Assembly: GCA_963706595.1 (NCBI GenBank)
Contig: OY970166.1
Coordinates: 4,224,001 to 4,288,000 of the forward strand
Reading direction: 5' to 3'
Source: an uncultured cyanobacterium
GTDB taxonomy: Bacteria; Cyanobacteriota; Cyanobacteriia; Cyanobacteriales; Nostocaceae
DNA length: 64,000 nucleotides
Both the position numbers and the translations under genes were made by a program. Positions 59,719 through 64,000 of this stretch are shown in pieces. The notes under the pieces were generated by a model that saw only the letters and a list, made by a program, of their open reading frames with translations, was not told where the DNA came from and searched no databases. Each line of letters begins with the position of its first letter. Position 1 is the stretch's first letter.

Positions 59719-60978
59719 ATGAAAGAGTTGACGATATTCATTAATCAGTCTTTGCTGAGTTGGCTGGCTATTCAAATGTGTTTAGCGCTGGTGTTTCTGT
59801 TATACCTGCGATCGCACCAAGAAAACATCTTAGCCGATGAGCAGTTACCCAAAACGGCTGTAATTCTTTGTCTGCGGGGAGCCGATCCGTATTTACCTAA
59901 CTGCGTCGAGGCGCTGTTAAATCAGAATTATCCAGAGTACGATTTAAAGCTGATTGTTGATAGTCAAGAAGATCCGGCTTGGCAAATTGTCAATGATATT
60001 ATCAACGAACAAGGAGCCATCAACGTCCAAGTCAGCCCTCTGAGGACTATACGACATGACTGTAGTCTCAAATGTAGTTCGCTGTTGCAAGCTGTTTCCG
60101 AGTTGGATGATTCCTATCAGGCGATCGCCTTAGTAGATGGTGATACTATTGTTCATACTAATTGGTTACGTGAATTAGTTAGTCCTCTCGCTGATCCCAA
60201 AGTCGGCGCAACCACGGGGAACCGTTGGTTTGTACCTACAGGTAACTATTGGGGGTCTTTGGTCCGCTACATCGGTAATGTCTCTACTGTGGTGCAAATG
60301 TACCTGTTCCAAGTTCCTTGGGGTGGAACTTTGGCGATTAAAACAGATGTGCTGCGCCAAACAGGTCTGTTAGATAAGTGGAGACAGGCTTTCGGCGAAG
60401 ATTTTATGATCCACAAAATCCTCAAAAAACATGGGATGCGGGTTAAGCTTGTACCTTCCTTGATTATGCTCAATCGGGAAGAGTGTGATTTACTGGGATT
60501 AATAGACGCACTCAAGCGTCTCATCTTGTATTCTCGACTTTATCATCCCAGTTGGTTAGCGATAGTTGGTGATGCAGTTTCGAGTATTCTGTTTCCTTTT
60601 GTGGCCATAATTCTGTTTCTATTATCGTTGTTAGATGCACAGTGGGATTTAGCCGTTTTATTGTTTTCCACTTATTGCATTTACACTGTGGGACTACTCT
60701 TAGTAACGCTGATTTTAGAGTTAGGGGTAAGCCAAGTGATTTACTCTCATGGTCAGCCCACTTCAAAATTATCAATGGCGACAATAGCCAAAATATTCAT
60801 TGCTATTCCCCTCACGCAATGGGTATATGGATTAGCTTTGCTCTCGTCATTATGGATGTCAACAGTTAAATGGCGCGGTATTGTTTACCGTGTGCAAAAT
60901 GCCTGGAATATCCGATTAGTTGAATACCATCCTTATGATTTGTTGGATCAACCTATTGACAGCAAAATTTCTCTTTGA
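59719..60978 (+). CDS. Membrane GT2/ceramide-glucosyltransferase-like protein, paralog 1
   Basis: CLRGADP, DGD, TTGNRW, PWGG, WRG. Confidence 0.88.
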   Translation: MKELTIFINQSLLSWLAIQMCLALVFLLYLRSHQENILADEQLPKTAVILCLRGADPYLPNCVEALLNQNYPEYDLKLIVDSQEDPAWQIVNDIINEQGAINVQVSPLRTIRHDCSLKCSSLLQAVSELDDSYQAIALVDGDTIVHTNWLRELVSPLADPKVGATTGNRWFVPTGNYWGSLVRYIGNVSTVVQMYLFQVPWGGTLAIKTDVLRQTGLLDKWRQAFGEDFMIHKILKKHGMRVKLVPSLIMLNREECDLLGLIDALKRLILYSRLYHPSWLAIVGDAVSSILFPFVAIILFLLSLLDAQWDLAVLLFSTYCIYTVGLLLVTLILELGVSQVIYSHGQPTSKLSMATIAKIFIAIPLTQWVYGLALLSSLWMSTVKWRGIVYRVQNAWNIRLVEYHPYDLLDQPIDSKISL

Positions 60979-61081
60979 GGTAAATCAATGAGACGCGATG
61001 GAGACGGGATGAAGACGCGATGAATCACGTCTGTACAAGAAAGTTCATCTTTCAGAGTCAACCATACAGCAGTAATTAAAG

Positions 61082-62344
61082 ATGAACGACTTGGTAATAT
61101 TCATATCTAGGTGTCTAACCGTTAGCTTGGCTGTTCAAGTATGTTTTATGTTAGTGTTTTTGTGGCATCTATCCTCATCCCCAAAAAATCTCTTAGCAGA
61201 TGAAGATTTACCCAAAACGGCAGTGATTCTTTGCCTACGTGGCGCTGATCCGTTTTTGAGTGATTGTTTGCGGGCGCTGTTGAATCAGAATTACACGCAG
61301 TATGATTTAAAAATAGTCGTTGATCGGATGGAAGATCCAGCATGGACAATTGCTACGGATACTGTCCAGGAACATGGCGCGACTAATGTGCAAATCAGCC
61401 CGTTGCGAATTATCCGGAGAAATTGCAGTCTCAAATGTAGTGCTTTAATCCAAGCGGTGACAGAATTGGATGATTCTTATCAAGCGATCGCCTTAGTAGA
61501 TGCTGATACAATTGTTCATGAGCATTGGCTGCGTGAATTAGTCACTCCTTTAGCTCATCCCCATATTGGCGCGACAACGGGGAACCGTTGGTATGTCCCT
61601 ACAGGTAGCCATTGGGGTTCTATAGTTCGGTATATGTGGAACGTATCTGCGGTGGTGCAGATGTATTTATATGGTATTCCTTGGGGCGGGAGTATGGCGG
61701 TAAAAACAGCAGTCATTCATCAAACAAAATTGCTGGATAAGTGGGGAAAAGCCTTCTGTGAAGATACAATGATGCGTCATATTTTAGGTAAACATAAAAT
61801 ACAGATTAAATTTGTACCTTCTTTGATGATGCTGAATCAAGAAGAGTGTGATTTAACTGATTTAAAAACTTGGATGCAGCGCCAACTTTTGTTTTGCAGA
61901 CTTTATCACCCCCACTGGTTTGCAGTAGTAGGTAACGCGATTTTAACAATCCTGTGTCCTACTCTTTTGAGTGTATTGTTTGTAGCAGCTTTGCTAACTG
62001 GACAATGGTATGCTGCATCATTATCTCTGAGCTACTATAGCAGCTATGTAGTGGCATTACTATTGATTGTACTTTTCTTAGAACAAGCAGTACAGCTAGT
62101 TATTCGCGCTGATCATCAACCAAGTGCAAAATTATCCGTTGCGGCAATTTTCAAGATGTTAATGGGAATTCCCTTAACACAATGGGTTTATGGGTTCGTA
62201 TTCCTCTCTTCTCTCTGGATGTCAAAAGTTAAATGGCGTGGGATCACCTATAAATTCAAAAGTCCCTGGAAGATTCGGTTAGTTGAATATCGTCCTTATC
62301 GGTCGGGAGACAAACCTGTTTTGCCAAATATTTCTTTGAATTGA
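61082..62344 (+). CDS. Membrane GT2/ceramide-glucosyltransferase-like protein, paralog 2
   Basis: CLRGADP, DAD, TTGNRW, PWGG, WRG; tandem paralog of 59719-60978. Confidence 0.88.
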   Translation: MNDLVIFISRCLTVSLAVQVCFMLVFLWHLSSSPKNLLADEDLPKTAVILCLRGADPFLSDCLRALLNQNYTQYDLKIVVDRMEDPAWTIATDTVQEHGATNVQISPLRIIRRNCSLKCSALIQAVTELDDSYQAIALVDADTIVHEHWLRELVTPLAHPHIGATTGNRWYVPTGSHWGSIVRYMWNVSAVVQMYLYGIPWGGSMAVKTAVIHQTKLLDKWGKAFCEDTMMRHILGKHKIQIKFVPSLMMLNQEECDLTDLKTWMQRQLLFCRLYHPHWFAVVGNAILTILCPTLLSVLFVAALLTGQWYAASLSLSYYSSYVVALLLIVLFLEQAVQLVIRADHQPSAKLSVAAIFKMLMGIPLTQWVYGFVFLSSLWMSKVKWRGITYKFKSPWKIRLVEYRPYRSGDKPVLPNISLN

Positions 62345-62415
62345 TCATGCAATGCGCTCGAAAAGCATAAAGAGACCTTTTTTTCGGTTCTAAAATACAC
62401 AAAAGCACTAAAATT

Positions 62416-63678
62416 ATGAACAAGCAACCGCTTCGTATTGCTCTGTTTACAGGATTGTATGCTCCTTTTTTAACAGGGGTTTCAATTGCAGTCCATCAAA
62501 GGGTGCGCTGGTTACTCGAACAAGGGCATGAAGTTTTTCTAATCCATCCAGAAATTAACGATCAGTATCCTAAAAATGTTAGCAATCGTCCTATGGCAGG
62601 ACTGGAAGAATTGCAGTGTTTTCCTAATTTTTCTGCTTATGCTTTCCCCACAAAGCCACTAATTTTTTACAAGTCTTTACCCCAACCATTACACTATCGC
62701 CATTGGAGTGATACTAAGTTATTAGAAAAGTTTAAACCCAATATTGTAGTAGTAGAAGAAGCTCCGCAAATGCGAGGTTTCTATTCAATGTTCTTGCAAG
62801 GTTATGGTCGCCCCATTGGGGTTGAATATGCGAAGAAAACGGGGACTCCAATTATTTCTGTTTTCCACACTGATATTGTTGCCTACATTCAATACTACTT
62901 GGGTAATCAGATTTTCAATTTGATGCGTCCGATTATTCCCTTTTTAGTCAAGCAGTCCACTGAAGTCTATGATCGCAATTTATTTCCTTCTCAAGGACAA
63001 CTCCTAAAGTACAAAGAACTGAATTGCCAACGGGGTGAATATGTTCCTTATCAAGGAATTGATTGTGAAAAATTTCACCCCCGCAATATTATCCACAACC
63101 CGATTCCCGACGACAACAGACCAACTATCTTGTTTGTGGGACGCATTACGGCGGAAAAAAATGTCACCCAACTTATCGATATGTTTCCGCTAATTGCTGC
63201 CAAAATTCCTGATGTTCATTTGGTGATTATTGGTAGTGGTCCTTTAGATGAAGAACTGCGTCGGCGCTCCCAAAAGTTTGAAGGTATTACTATGTGGGGT
63301 GAGTCCCACGGTACAGAACTTTTGGGTTGGTTTGCTCGTGCAGATGTATTTGTCAACCCTTCTGCGACTGAAAATTTCTGCACTACAAATACCGAAGCGC
63401 TGGCTTCCGGTACTCCTTTGGTGGCTGTGGTTGCACCTTCAAGCTTTGAGCAAGTTTTTCCTGGTCGCAATGGCTTTTTAGCTGAAGCCAATAATCCTCA
63501 AGATTTTGCCGATCAGGTAGCGGCAATTTTGGCAAATTCTCAACTTAAAGCAGAAATGGCTGAACAGGCTCGTCCTTCTATACTCAAATATGATTGGTCG
63601 GCGTGTTCACAAAAGTTTGAAGATAAGCTTTATGAGATAGTTCAAGATGTTAAGAAACTAGAGCCAACAACTGTTTAA
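62416..63678 (+). CDS. hglT: GT4 glycosyltransferase HglT
   Basis: RIALFT, FVGRITAEKN, ENFCTTNTEALASG; terminal gene of the hgl island. Confidence 0.82.
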   Translation: MNKQPLRIALFTGLYAPFLTGVSIAVHQRVRWLLEQGHEVFLIHPEINDQYPKNVSNRPMAGLEELQCFPNFSAYAFPTKPLIFYKSLPQPLHYRHWSDTKLLEKFKPNIVVVEEAPQMRGFYSMFLQGYGRPIGVEYAKKTGTPIISVFHTDIVAYIQYYLGNQIFNLMRPIIPFLVKQSTEVYDRNLFPSQGQLLKYKELNCQRGEYVPYQGIDCEKFHPRNIIHNPIPDDNRPTILFVGRITAEKNVTQLIDMFPLIAAKIPDVHLVIIGSGPLDEELRRRSQKFEGITMWGESHGTELLGWFARADVFVNPSATENFCTTNTEALASGTPLVAVVAPSSFEQVFPGRNGFLAEANNPQDFADQVAAILANSQLKAEMAEQARPSILKYDWSACSQKFEDKLYEIVQDVKKLEPTTV

Positions 63679-63846
63679 TTCGTAATTCGTAGTTTGTAAT
63701 TCGTAATTATGCTACAATACACTCTACTGGTGTGAGGCAGGGCAAGGACTGCCCGCCCATAACAGGCATCTTGCCTGTTCCACAAGAGAAACATAATGCA
63801 TCATTTTAAGCTTGTCACGCCACTACGAATTACGAATTACGAATTA
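63677..63846. repeat. Inverted (AATTCGT)n/(ACGAATT)n STRR arrays enclosing a MITE-like insert
   Basis: Arrays at 63677-63708 and 63825-63846; insert ends TACTGGTGTGAG / GTCACGCCACTA. Confidence 0.6.
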
Positions 63847-63850
63847 GTAA

Positions 63851-64000
63851 TTATTTTGTTGCTTTCTCAATTTGCTGAGTAAAGTATGTTTCCTCATGTT
63901 TGAGTTGTTGAGCAAGTTCTAATCCTTTTTGAAAGGCGGCGAGTGCTTGGGGATATTCTTGACGTTCTAAATATAATTTACCAATTTGATCGTAAGCTTG
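63851..64000 (-). CDS. C-terminus of a TPR protein (truncated by the window)
   Basis: QAYDQIGKLYLERQEYPQALAAFQKGLELAQQLKHEETYFTQQIEKATK*. Confidence 0.8.
   Translation of the reverse strand, partial: QAYDQIGKLYLERQEYPQALAAFQKGLELAQQLKHEETYFTQQIEKATK

Overview
Chromosomal segment of a heterocyst-forming cyanobacterium (Nostocales). The evidence is abundant HIP1 GCGATCGC sites, STRR heptamer arrays and a complete heterocyst-glycolipid island. The left half (1-33.3 kb) carries housekeeping and signalling genes: a small hli gene absent from the ORF track, rsmH, ndhH, a YcjF-type GTPase, two Ser/Thr kinases, rhomboid, TetR, GNAT, hisC, an NDH-2/NdbB-like reductase, chlP and a frameshifted cysA. 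It also holds tRNA-Gly(CCC). Downstream of the tRNA is an accessory block: CHAT-protease/AAA_35, an AAA_35-TM-coiled-coil protein with seven near-identical WD40 repeats, a triple-nested MITE and a RelE-type toxin-antitoxin pair. The right half (33.4-63.7 kb) is the hgl island: hetI, hetN-like, hglB, hglA, fused hglD-hglC, hglG, hglF, hglE, a small ORF, a ParB/methylase-like gene, hgdB, hgdC, hgdA, three GT2 genes, DUF2141 and hglT. Best lead: an A9 run at the hglE/hglF junction. The hglF frame opens exactly there (-1 frame, immediately after a TGA), suggesting programmed recoding that fuses HglE to HglF. Three other breaks (cysA, hglE linker, DUF2141) are +1 insertions in short homopolymers and look like sequencing errors. 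Gene names come from recognising the sequences and from synteny; no database search was run.
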